From positions 186,001-250,000 of the forward strand of contig JAQGDQ010000104.1 in NCBI GenBank assembly GCA_030141605.1: 64,000 nucleotides of DNA, given 5' to 3'. The position numbers and the translations under genes are program-made. The notes beneath the pieces were generated by a model that made no database searches, had not been told where the DNA came from, and saw nothing but the letters and a program-made list of their open reading frames with translations. Source of the DNA: Tubiluchus corallicola (taxonomy: Eukaryota; Animalia; Priapulida). Below are positions 1 to 24,560 of this stretch, piece by piece; positions within the stretch are counted from its first letter, which is position 1, and each line of letters begins with the position of its first letter.

Positions 1-869
1 TGCGTGCGTGCGTGCGTGCGTATATATATATATATACCAACGAAATTAATATATACGATTGTAACCTTTTGAAGAGTGTTATTTTTCTATATATGATTTA
101 AAAATCTGTAAAAATCAACATTAACGACTGTATATGATTTTTTCCTTTTTTCCCTTTTTTTCAGCTGCTGATAAATCACAGCGGTGGTGATTTGAAAACT
201 TATCCGTACAAAGTTATATTACTAAACATTTCGCTCCTATGCTTGAAAGACATATATAACTGAAAAACAAAATTCTTATTAATTTAAAATGTTTGTTCCA
301 AGTGATAAAACGTCAGACACTGCTTCGCTATCACAGCAAAAATGTCACTGTCTTATCAAAAAATACAGTATTGACTTTATTGGCAAGACTCAGATATATA
401 TACTTTGAATGTTTCGGATTGTTTCGAACTTTACGCAATGTTATGTAGACTTGCTTTAAATTTGCACTAACATGGCATTCCTGGGATGGTTTTGCAATTG
501 AATTCGTACCACTCACAAGCTCCACCTGAAAACTAGTACTGCCACCCAGGCAGTAAACACCAAGGCACTATCATCTGTTATCATTGAATTGAATCGAATC
601 GAATACAGGTATAAACTGTTCACCAGACTGGGCGAGCGTAACCAATTTTTTGAGTCTTGGCTCCCAGACTATTTTGTTAAACATGACGGAATCATATATT
701 GTTATCATACAACAAAATCACTTAGTAGCATGAATTTATTAAGTTCACACAGGATTTGATAAGACAAATATTGGCAAATTTATACAAATTGATAAAAAAC
801 TTGTGTTGTTTTATTACTTCTTAAAAATAACCAGATACAACTTCTACACCAAAAAAATGGCGTTGCTAC

Positions 870-1001
<132 letters not shown>

Positions 1002-1009
1002 GTACATAC

Positions 1010-11910
<10,901 letters not shown>

Positions 11911-12464
11911 GTTACAGAGCGACACTTGAAAAAGAAATTTATCAAACTCCTCACTAACAACCGAATAGTTCTTACAAAATGAAGACAGCAACTATCGCGG
12001 TAAGTTTCTAAAGACTGTTGGATACACATTATACAAGTTCACTACCCCGAAACATTTGTCCTGGTCTGATCAAGAAATACATAATTTTACCCCGGGGTGA
12101 CAAAAATATCCGTGGATTGTTACAAACCTGAGCTACTGGCAAACTGACGGTTTATTGCTATGTAATAAAAATAATTGTTAAGAAGAAACGTGAAAGTGTT
12201 TTTGATGTTATTCAGAATATAATACTTATTATATAAAAACCGGTATAAAGTAAAAGATTTTCTTACATTCTGTATTCTGTATACCAAAAAAAGTTGCGTA
12301 GAATGATGTGGTTGACGTTGTTACACAAATAAATCTTTTTTGTGTTTTTACTCATAAGACGGATAAAATCACATACATCGCCAGCATTCAGTTTAGAAAA
12401 CGTAGCGAAAATCCCTTCTTAAGGGCAACAATTTTAATTGTTTTGTTTCCGCCAATTTATTATT
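11911..12464. promoter_or_regulatory. putative bidirectional promoter / shared 5' region between the POMGNT1-like (-) and ZP-N (+) genes
   Basis: Divergent ATGs only ~555 bp apart; TATA-like tatataaaa at ~12230. Confidence 0.45.
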
Positions 12465-14053
<1,589 letters not shown>

Positions 14054-14137
14054 TATTATTAGTGTGTCGCCAAACAATGATACCTAGTGACGTATGCAGG
14101 CTAGTTCATTTTTTGATCAAGCAACCTTTGAGTTTAA

Positions 14138-14677
14138 AGGAATATCGGACGATTGATTAGACGATTTTAAATTTAATGTCCAAAATATGCATTTTCTTGC
14201 CTGTAAAAGTTAGCAATTGTTTCTAATATTTGAATAATTACCCTGGTAAGTTAATTGACGGTAATCGAACACAGCTTACGTCACGAACTAACCACAGTTT
14301 GTGCAATGGCAGACATCCTACCTGCGCATCAATCACGTGTGCGTAAGCGAAGATTGCTGTAAGATGGTGATGTGATGTCACAAAAATGAGCTTTACGTCA
14401 CATTAGCGTCACAAAAGAACACTAGAGCTCATGATCTTGCTTATCACACTGACTGTACAGCGCCTATTTTAGGCCACGCGAATGTGACAAAAAGGCACCA
14501 TTGCCAGTCTTAATGGATTCGCTGAGCCGCGAGTGGTTTGAAAGTTTAACAAAATTTAACTATTGGAGGTAATTGTGATTTAGTCTAAGCTTTGATTTAA
14601 AAAAAAGCTGTTATACTTTTACAGCAAAACTTTAGAGCATACTTTTGAACTAATGTCTACACAATCGCCGGTTTCCT
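14138..14677. mobile_element. Kolobok-like non-autonomous DNA transposon (MITE)
   Basis: TTAA|AGGAATATCGGACGATTG ... CAATCGCCGGTTTCCT|TTAT: imperfect TIRs with further subterminal similarity and a TTAA-type target site. Confidence 0.6.
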
Positions 14678-14844
14678 TTATTTAATGTAATATTGTGATA
14701 GTTGTTAATATGCTTAAAATATAATGAATATCAGTTAGTAAAGAATATTGGTGATTAATCCTTCGGAAACAACTACTTGGTTTCCTCCAACATGGCACGG
14801 AGAGTTGAAAGCGGTAGTACATCTATCAAGTTCTCACTCTCTAA

Positions 14845-16181
14845 TGTGATCGTATAGTAATTTGCCGTATAGAGTGACCTTGATTAAGTGAATTAATTAA
14901 TGATTTGGATTCGCTTATCGATTGCTTATAGGTAATTGATCGGTTACCGATTACCCGACTCCGAGGGCTTTAGTTCAGTCGCTAAGGCAATGATCTGTCC
15001 TACACGACTTTCACCTTGACCTTGCGTTGTGAGTCAGATCTTTATCCATCAAGTTTACAAGCTTAGCTTCCGCAATTGAGGTCTTATTTACACTGTGAAT
15101 CGCTTCAGGTTCGAATCAAGGATCTAGTGTTGAGGTTATGAGTTACCGATAACGCTTTAAACATTCACAAACTCAATGTCTAAGTTAATACAGCGAATAG
15201 ACTTTATTGAACTTTACAGTTTACAATTTAATCACCTCTGGTTTCAATACAAGATTTGGCCTTATACGCCGGTGGGCGTTTACAACTAATGTCTAGCTCC
15301 AGAGAAGAGGCTATTCACTTAATGATTTACGATACAGGTATGATGCACTGAAGGTGCTTAATTCATACAACGTTTCGGTTACAACTGTATCAGATACAAA
15401 ATACAACGTAGATAAGTTAAAACACTTAACTTGCGGATTGGCCAATGTACCACTGCTATTTCCTGTTTCCTATCGAGACTACGTAGCACCAGTGCTCAGT
15501 CTATGCTAAGTACGTAGATTGTTCCTCCACGCTGGGCCAACGTTGCTTCTTATCTTTCAGAAGATGTCCTGGACACAACACGATGGCAGCAACCACTGTC
15601 AGACTTCTATCGTTGCGTATGTGACTCTCACGTCACCCCGTTGTGTGTCGTTGGAATATTTTTCCTTAGCTTATATCTCAAAAGCCTGACCTTCGTCAAT
15701 TGCACCATCTGGTGACACTCTGCCTCCTTGACAGCGGCTAACACTTTCACTTTCTGATTTTATAACCAATAATGACTGTTCCTAAATTCCGCCCCTTTTG
15801 ATTTCTTCCGCGCCATCTGGGCGGCATAACTTCTGATTTCATTTTAATATTCAATGAGCACTGATACTAGACATTGGCTCTTTTAATTACTTTCCCTGCA
15901 TGCGACAAATGATCGCTATTGACCTTCTACTTATTGTCTTCTACTCTGCATGCATGCTGCTTAATCAACAGTGTCTTCTCGAATTCTACACCTGTCCTTC
16001 TACTATCGTGTGACAATTTTAACCCATTAAATTCGAGCGCCAGCTGGATGAGTTTCCTATTCAATCTGTATAAATTTCCTTGACAAATTCAGGGAGGCGC
16101 GAGTTCATCATCTGAATCTAATTCATCTGATAACTCAATTAATATTTACCGAAATTCATTTTCCGAAATTTATTCATAACA
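14845..16181 (-). mobile_element. solo-LTR-like element (~1.34 kb)
   Basis: Termini TGTGAT...ATAACA form an imperfect inverted repeat; no ORF; minus-strand TATAAAA (~15760) and AATAAA (~15205). Flanks ctaa / gggtg do not form a TSD. Confidence 0.45.
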
Positions 16182-16183
16182 GG

Positions 16184-16470
16184 GTGCTAAACCAATACTT
16201 TAGTAATTGGGCTACAGATTATGAAAAACATTTACCTTTTGTTTACAATACTGCAATGCAAGGGCAATATAGTTATCAAAACGTCATCAAGTATTTTGGT
16301 GAGAATATCAAAGTTGCTCATTTTATAGGTGCACACAAGCCTTGGGATGATATCCATAATTTACGACACAGGTACGTGGCTCTACCTATGGGCGACGCAA
16401 GGTATGAATCAAGAATGTTCAGCGAATGGTTTCATATTTACAATGCTGACGTTATGCTTATGTTACATGA
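16184..16470 (+). pseudogene. glycogenin-like (GT8) catalytic-domain C-terminal half, intronless, contiguous with BEL/Pao gag
   Basis: VLNQYFSNWATDYEKHLPFVYN...YSY...YFGENIKVAHFIGAHKPW...MFSEWFHIYNADVMLML matches glycogenin [23 protein letters not shown]...YSY...FGASAKVVHFLGRVKPW...FLILWWNIFTTNVLPLL. The N-terminal DxD half is absent. Confidence 0.85.
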
Positions 16471-19400
16471 GCAACGTATAAGCAATGAAGCGCGATATAA
16501 TTTCCGTGATTTTAAAAACTTGCCTGCGGGTGACCTAAATGTTTCAGCACCCACATTTGCCCTCCCTCGAGTTTCCAAGTAAAAGCATGAGCCTTTGCTC
16601 AACCTCATACGTAGGCAAACATAAACTACTGCCAGCAACGTCGGCTATAGATGAACCTGCTCGCGGATTGCAATGGATGGACCAACCTCAGGACATTACA
16701 GCATTCATGAATATCATGCGCGAGGGACAGCATCAGCAAATGAACATGTATAACACCATGCAGCTTTCTGCGGTTGAGCTGGAAAAATTTGATGGCAACG
16801 TGATGCATTTCTCGCGTTTTATTAAGTGTTTCGAGGCCAGTGTAGAGAATTACACAGAAGATGAGCCAGCAAAATACACAAGGTTACTACAGCTCTGCAC
16901 TGGAAGAGCTAAGGCTGTCGTGGAGAGTTGCCATTATATGGATCCCCATATGGCCTTTAGACGTGCTAAGTATTTGCCAACAGAACGTTTTGGATCTCCC
17001 TACATGGTAACTCAGGCTTGGTTGGATAAAATTAACAATTTTAGTTGTATAGAAATACAGGAGCCAGAAAAGTTGCAGGAGTTCTCAGATGCACTTGTTG
17101 GGTGTATTGAAACATTAAAATGCATGAACAATTTGAGTGAAATCAATACTCAATCCGGTTTACTGCAAATTATTAGAAAGTTGCCATATAAGTTCCAAGA
17201 CAAATGGAAGGATGTTGTCTGCCGGTTACTGAAAACGCAAAACAGGAACCCATCCATATATGACTTTGTGAAAGAAGTAGCAGAGAAGATGAATCATCCA
17301 GTATATGGAGAATTGTATAACAATGGCCCAAAGAAAGTAAAGCAAAGCAGTGCAGCCAAAAACTTTGCGATCATTTCTAAAAATATAGCAACTCCGGGTG
17401 AAAGAACGCAATCAAGAAGAGAGCAAGAAGCCAGGAAACAATGCCAAACAATGCTTGTTGTGTAACTCGCCTGAGCATGTATCATTACAAAAATGCAAAA
17501 AATTTAGCACGATGAATGACATGGGGAAATTGGCATACACAAGGAAAGAACGTTTGTGCTACAATTGCCTGGCTAAAGGGACACACAGACCCTACCAGTG
17601 TACAAAACCCCCCTGCGATGTGGATGGATGCAACCGGAAACACTCTTCCTTACTTCACCATGCATTAGAAAAAAATGCACAAGCGCAGCAGAACAATGCA
17701 GGTAGCCAAACGGAAATGGATCAGCAAAGCACAACTCGGGCAGTCTCGTGTCTAAATAAAGCTTCCCGCACAGTCACAAAGACGGCGTTACCAGTACTGC
17801 CAGTCTTAGTACATGTAGAAGGGAAACGACCTGTAAAAACATTATTAGATCCAGGTTCTACAAACACCTTTTGTTCGGAAGCACTGTTTAATGAACTTGG
17901 AGCCAAAGGAAAAGAAAATGTTCTGCTGTTAACTACTATAGAGAAGAAACATAACAGGACTGACACTATGGTAACTTAACTAGCATGACAGTGATGAGGA
18001 TGGATAGAAACAACCATATAGAGCTCCCTTGTGTATTTGTTCGGTCTTCTCTCATGTTAGATGTTCAATCTCTAGCAACGCATGAAGATGTGATAAAATC
18101 TCCGAGACTTAGATGATGTTATAATGAGCATAGAGGAGAAAGATGAAATGGAATTAGGTCTCTTGATTGGTCAAGATGTCGGTGAAGCATTAATTCCCCT
18201 TGAAGTAAGGACGGGGGAAAAGGACGCCCCATTTGCCATTAGAACCAAACTAGGTTGGACGCTTAATGGCCCTATAGGGGGCGGTAGAGTCAATATGTTA
18301 GTAACAAATAACATGATTTTAACAAACGGAATGCAGCACCAGGATGAAATACTGCAAAACCTCGTTGAGAGATTTTGGAAATTGGACAGTGTATTGACGA
18401 TGGACGTCTGTCCAGAGAAGACATTAAAGTACTAGATATTTGGGAGAAATCAATCACAAAACGAGGTGACCATTATGAACTGCAGATACCATTCAAGGAG
18501 GAAAAATGAAAATTACCAAATAGCCGGGAGATGGCAGAAAAGAGGCTGATTAGTTTGGGCATCAGACTAAGCAAGAATCTGAAATTACATGAAAAATACA
18601 CCGAGGAAATGAATGATTTACTTAGAAAGGGATATGCGGAGAAGGTTGAAGAAGCAGACGACCAAGATGTCACAATGAAATGGTATCTACCACATTTTCC
18701 TGTTGATAATGAAAATAACCCTGACAAAACTCGGGTAGTTTTCGATTGTGGAGCGAAATGTGATGGTATCTCGCTGAAGATATTAGCATTACAGGGACCT
18801 GATCAGACTAATATACTTCTTGGAGTATTATTGCGGTTCAGGGAGAAGCCCGTTGGAGTGATGGCAGACATAGTGGGCATGTTTCGTCAAATCTTCATTG
18901 CTCCTCAGGACAGAGACATGCTACGCTTCCTATGGTGGCCAGATGGAGAATTGGATAAACCACCACAAACTTATAGGATGACAGTGCATTTATTTGGAGG
19001 GCTTGGTCCCCGAGTGCAGCATCCTTTGCAGTCAGGCGCACAGCAACAGATAACGTAGAAAACTTCGACTATGAGGCAGTCAGTACTGTACTGCGCAATT
19101 TCTACGTTGACGACTGCTTGAAATCCGTGGATACAGCAGAGCAAGCTATAAACCTGATTTCTTGCTTGCGTGCATACTTGCCAAGGGAAGCTTTTGTTTA
19201 ACCAAATGGACCAGCAATATCGAGCAGGTTTTGGCAGAAGTCCCAGAAGAGCACAGAGGCAAACTGGCTCAAAATTTAGACTTGGCTCATGATCCACTCC
19301 CCATTGAGCGTGCCCTTGGGGTCAAATGGGAGGTCGAAGAAGACACCTTTGGAATCCAGTTCAAAACTAGGGATAAACCTCACACCAGGCGAGGACTCCT

Positions 19401-19770
19401 AAGCTCACTGGCTTCGGTATACCATCCCCTAGGAATGGTAAACCCATTCGTTTTGCAAGCACAATTGCTTTTCCAGGATGAATGCCGCATCAAAACGAAG
19501 TCTTGGGATGATAAATTGGAGGATGCCACTGAGAAAAAATGGATTAAGTGGAAGAGCGAATACCAACTTCTAGAGAGTTTCAAAATGAGCCGTTGTCTCA
19601 AGCCTTGCGATTTTGGCACGGTTTTGACAAGTGAACTGCACCACTTTTGTGATGCATCGCAATATGTCACCCACAAGTGTCACCCTCAAGACCAAGGATG
19701 GACTTCTACGAAGACCCATCCACAAGCTCTACCTGATAGAAAGTGTATATGATAAACAGTTTTGTTAGTA
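16471..19770 (+). mobile_element. BEL/Pao LTR retrotransposon gag-pol, frameshifted and internally deleted
   Basis: DUF1759-type gag (LEKFDGNVMHFSRF...CTGRAK...ERFG); three Zn knuckles (CLLC..H..C, CYNC..H..C, C...C...H...LH); protease LLDPGSTNTF; RT WYLPH, RVVFDC, DIVGMF, FYVDD; Pao RNase H start LHHFCDASQ; then directly the integrase C-terminal tail VTLKTKDGLLRRPIHKLYLIE. Confidence 0.93.
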
Positions 19771-19808
19771 ATTGACATATTACTTAAAATGTTAATTAAA
19801 GGGGGTGA

Positions 19809-20190
19809 CGTAAATGCTAAAAGGAAGCATTTAAGGGGGCGGTGTGCTGATTTAAACTTGTATTCCGCCTCTTTTCTGTTATAAATTGGTTTCCTTTTAA
19901 ACAGGTCATGTGACCAGTCTCTTACCTGTACACTTACATGTAGATTGGAGTCACATGTAGATGGCATTCACACACTGCAGTGACAGATTGTTTAGCGTCA
20001 TTCATTGATTCGTTGTTATAATTTCATAATTACACTTATAGAAGATCACCATGTAAGTTGATTTATTAATTTCTTAAATCTAGAACGTTGCCGTTGCATT
20101 AGATGTCTACGGTCAAGGCGAATCACCCGAAGAGATTCTGAATCAGTATTGCGACCTTGAGTTACTGGACAGCAATTATTAATAACTACA
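19809..20190 (+). mobile_element. putative 3' LTR of the BEL/Pao element
   Basis: Follows a purine tract aaagggggtga (PPT) just after the pol end; starts (C)GTAAAT and ends ...AACTACA. No matching 5' copy seen in the window. Confidence 0.55.
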
Positions 20191-20231
20191 ACAAGAATTA
20201 ATTTAAAAAAATGTTTATCAATATTTGCAGA

Positions 20232-20370
20232 TTATTTCAGTACGATATCTTTTGCTGCTATTTTTAAAGATGGAGAAGATTTAACAGAAGATTCAAGGCT
20301 ACTCCACAACTTTACACCCAAAAATTGCAAGGAATTTAAACTATACGATGTTAAAAATACTCGATCATCG
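20232..20370 (-). mobile_element. CR1/L2 LINE 3' coding remnant
   Basis: SLQFLGVKLWSSLESSVKSSPSLK resembles the LINE C-terminal G.KLWN.L...IK.S.SL motif. Confidence 0.5.
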
Positions 20371-20627
20371 TTACGGCGTCTGCGCAAAGGCAACCGCCCA
20401 ATCTTCTCTGTCGCACGCAAAGGGTTGCGGGTTCGCGCCTCGCCGAGGTCACCTTTTTCGCGCGGATTCGAGCCGAAATCGGTGGAACTTAATGCTCGGG
20501 CTTCCTTCGTGCCGTACGTATGTTGAAAAAATTGCGCTACTTTTGTGCGCGGTGAAAAAGTTTTGCCGTAGCGGTGCGCGAACGCGGGGCCCCGTCACAG
20601 CACGGACGTGTCAGCAGACGAACGTAA
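20371..20627. mobile_element. CpG-rich short element made of two convergent tRNA-like arms
   Basis: Termini ttacggcgtctgc and the reverse complement ttacgttcgtctgc; each arm has a B-box-like gttcgcgc followed by ctttttc. Confidence 0.45.
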
Positions 20628-21564
20628 TTTATTAAGCATAGGCAATAGTTTTAACTTTTCATATGCTTAGTAGATGCATTGAGAATGTGTGCATATATGG
20701 TAATTCTCACAGTAATTTATTTTGTTTCTCGATTTTTCACAGTTTGTGCCTTGCAAAACTCATTCAACGTAATCAGAATGCAATGTTTAAATTCGGTTAA
20801 TGTCTGTAATTTTTTGAATGCGTAATTGAACGTGTATATACTACTTTTCATAAGTTTCTGGTGTTATTTGGCACTTTATATAATTTATATATTCAGCAAA
20901 ATCAATTTCAACATACCAAAATAGACAAGAAAACAAGATTTATAAGGTTTTGAAACGTATTGATTCGTTTATTTTAAAAAGTAAAAGAAGAGACAAGACA
21001 GGATATCAAAATTTCTGCAGAAAAAAAAGAAAAACTACATTTATACTATATGTTCAAGCAAAAAACTGCACTTCTCGTTAGAATTGGAGAATATAAGTGA
21101 AAACTACATAATTTATAAATTACAGAAACATTACAGAAAAAAACTACATGTTGAAACAAGAATACAGTGCAGAAAAAATACAGATATACATGTTTAAGCA
21201 AAAAAAAACTGCACTAACCATATAATTTAAAGAATACAGTGCAGAAAAAATACAGATATACCAGTAAAGTTCATAAGCATGGCAGAAAAAAACTGCATGG
21301 ATGGGAAGGGAATGAAAATGAGTTATAGTTAGTAGTGTTTGGTAGTTTGTTAGGGGCAGGAAAAAATATGAAAAAAAACTGTGCACAGGAAAAAATACAA
21401 TACAATAAAAAGTTTGCAAAACAACTAGCTAGCTAATATATAAATATTATATATAAATTATCTACAAGTATACATAGTATACAGGTGTACTCTTCATGTA
21501 TGCTCCACAACCTCAAACGTGCAGCCTTCGTGCTGTGAATTCCAAACGGTACGGGTTTTGAAAC

Positions 21565-23300
21565 GTCAGAAATCCAAGTTAGAGACTAAGTTAAGGTTGG
21601 ATCATCTCAATGATTCACAGAAACAGAAGATCGCTGAATTATTAGAAGGGTTTGTTTTCAGTGGATGGTGAAATCGGTAGAGTAGATATTGTACAGCACC
21701 ATATAGAGACTAGTGGTCCACCGATTAAGCAAAAACCATACCAAACTCTGATTCACCTGAGAGACATCGTTGCAGATCAGGTTAGTGACATGAAAAAACG
21801 TCATATAATACGAGATCGTGAATCACCTTGGTCGAGCCAAATTATTTTAGTGAGAAAAGAAAATGGCAAGTATAGATTTTGTTCTGATCATCGTCGTTTG
21901 AATGCAGTGACAGAGCGGTCAACATTTCCATTACCAAGAATAGATGAGCTTTTAGCTAGTGTGCACGGTGCAAAATGGTTTACCAGCCTTGATCAGGGTG
22001 CAGGCCTATTGGCAGGTGGAAGTGGACCCAAGTTCTCATGCTAAAACAGCATTTATTACAGAAAATGGTACCTACGAGTTTAATGTATTGCCGTTTGGTC
22101 TGCCAGAGGCCCCGGCCACATTTCAGCAACTTATGCTGAACGTATTCCATGGTCTTCAGTGGAAAACTGTGTTAGTATATCTTGATGACATTTTAGTATT
22201 TAGTTCTACGTTTGAACAGCACATAAGTGATCTTCGTGAAGTTCTTAGTTGTATAGAGATGTCAGGACTAACATTAAATCCAGACAAGCGTTCTTGGGCA
22301 CACTCAAATGGAATTTTTAGGTCATCGTCTAAGTCATGAAGGAATAACGCCACAAGATAAGAAAGCCAGAGTAATAGAACCTTGGCAGCAGGAAAGAATG
22401 CCCAAGAAGCATGCAAGTTTTTGGGTTTTTGCAGTTACTATGACATTTTGTTCCTGGTGTTGCCTCTATAGCTAGTCCTCTGTCGAACTTGACAAAGAAA
22501 GATGTTCAATTCCTATGGTCAACTAACAACTAGCAAGAGTATCCAGTGTACTACACATCAGGGAAATTTAGTGATGCAGAGAAAAACTACACGACTACTG
22601 AACAAGAGTTGTTAGCAGTGATTAATGGAGTCAAAAAGTTTCAGCATTATCTTGTGGGGAAGAGATTCGTCTTAGTCACCGATCATAGATCTGGAGATCA
22701 CATGTAGATACACTGAGCAGAATCAGATGTATTCTCACTAATGATGTATCTCTTGCCAAAGCCATTGGCAGTTTGTTTGCTTCCTGATATTTTATCAGGA
22801 AAGCAGCCTGAGCCTTCCCAAGATCAGCAGTTGGCTGAATTGAAATTTTATTTGCATCCAGTGGATAAATCTGAACTTTCAATGAGAGATGGAGAAATTT
22901 TACAACAGACAGATGGCCACAACATCAAACGTGCGGCCTTTGTGCTGTGAATTCCAAACAGTACGGGTTTTGAAACATAATTAGCCAAAAACTGATAGCA
23001 TTGTCAATGCGTGAGAAAGTGTTGAAATTAACTCATGGCAGCCCCTTTTCTGGACATTTTGGAATTCGTCATACAGTTGATAAGTTAACCAAGTTGTATT
23101 ATTGGTATAATTTGAAAGAAGATGTCAGGAAGTACATCAAGTCATGCTTTAGTTGCATTTGTGTGAAACGTAATGCACAGCCAGTGAAAGAATCGCAAGG
23201 CACCATTGAAGTTTTGGAGATAAGTTTGAGCAGATCAGTACTGATATCTTGAAGCTCAGCTGGAATTCTCGAGAACCAACATTACATTTTAGTCGTAATC
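21565..23300 (+). mobile_element. Ty3/Gypsy LTR retrotransposon pol remnant (RT, RNase H, integrase Zn finger)
   Basis: PPIKQKPY, WSSQIILVRKENGKYRFC.DHRRLN, YWQV, YEFNVLPFGL, YLDDILVFS, EKNYTTTEQELLAV...LVTDH, HGSPFSGHFG...YYW...CFSC; frameshifts and deletions. Confidence 0.92.
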
Positions 23301-23740
23301 GACTTATTTTAAATTTTGAAGGTTCAGTTACATATGTGTATTCAGGCTTGCATACTCTTATTTTGAAGTCAAGTTGTAAAATTTTTTTGTATTCATGCAA
23401 TTGAACTGCTAAAAATTGGTTAAGATTAAGGCTAAGGTCATGTTGAACAGTGCCTAGTTATTGAATAGGCGATTAGGCAGTAATTTTTCTTGATATACTG
23501 AATTGATTGGCAGTACCTATATTAGAATACTTGTAGTAACTTTATAGTTTTGTTTGGCTATACAGTTATTCAGTTTATTCAAACTGTATAGTAATTATAG
23601 TTTTGTAAGCTCGATATATATTGTTGATTTGCATTAGGCCTATATGTTGCAATGAGTAGGCTGTACTGTGTTGACGTTCCTCGATGGGCGCTTGTATCTA
23701 ACATATGGTATATTATAGTATTTTAGTTCTTTGATATATT

Positions 23741-24019
23741 TGTAGCCTGGTGAGGGCACCAGATAGGTAGCGAGGGCTGAATGTTGTGCTTGATTAAGCT
23801 GTATCTGAGTCATAGATGTAATATAGCTTGATTAGTGAACTAGTTGGACAAGTTAGAAAGACGGAGCACAGGAGAGCAAAAGAGAGTGTTCAGGTTAGCA
23901 GAATGCCAGAGTTATGGTGAAGAAATTTGTTGCTTTATTTTGTTAAAAGCTACTTGTTTTTTTAAATCAGTTTTAATAAATGTGCTTTTAAACGAAGTTA
24001 GAAGCTTGTCAGCTCTACA
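23741..24019 (+). mobile_element. LTR-like segment
   Basis: TGTAG...CTACA inverted termini, AATAAA ~40 bp before the 3' end, downstream of the Gypsy pol remnant; no clear PPT or TSD. Confidence 0.4.
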
Positions 24020-24029
24020 AAATGTGAGA

Positions 24030-24560
24030 ATGATTTGGGTGTGCTAATTGATGAGGACTTAAAGTTTTATGATCATCCAAGCTCTGTGGTAAACAAAGCC
24101 AATAAAATTCTTGGAGCCATCAAACATACATAAACAGTGAAATGATTGTTCAGATAATCAAAACTTATTAGACCACTCCTAGAACATGCAAACGTTGTTT
24201 GGGGACGAAAGTTTATAGGAGATGTTCAACTCTCAGAAAATGTGCAACGGAGGGCTACCAAGCTGGTTCCATCATTTAGTGACTTGAATTACACGGAAAG
24301 ACTAAAAAAATTAAGCCATTCCATCTTTACAGTACAGACGCCAAAGAAGTGACATGATTCAGGTTTTTAGAATTATCAATAAAATCGATGTTTTGGACGA
24401 GTCAATGTTCTTTTTATGAAATTTAGCATTTACAAGAGGGCATCCTTATAAACCAGAGCCAGACTGGATGTAAGGAAGCACGCCTTCAGCAACCGAGTAG
24501 TAAACAGTTGGAACAGTCAATGCAGCAAAACTATAGCAACTTTAAAAATCAATAAATGAA
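24030..24560 (+). mobile_element. CR1-clade LINE 3' fragment
   Basis: LGVLIDEDLKF..KANKILGAIK, RPLLEHANVVW, ENVQRRATKLVP..LNYTERLKKL, SLQYRRQRSDMIQVFRI, TRGHPYK, RKHAFSNRVVNSWN. Confidence 0.85.

Noticed and set aside
331-525. Minus-strand ORF behind a ttttcag acceptor as the next POMGNT1-like exon
   Set aside because: In the required phase it hits a stop within four codons, and no frame resembles the expected MLRSLL...VFIDG segment
14792-14857. MARRVESGSTSIKFSLSNVIV as a fourth ZP exon
   Set aside because: Superficially like the strand after CGT in ZP-N, but there is no valid in-phase AG acceptor and its end lies inside the LTR-like segment
20348-20635. GC-rich 95-aa ORF
   Set aside because: No recognisable domain; explained by the CpG-rich inverted mini-element
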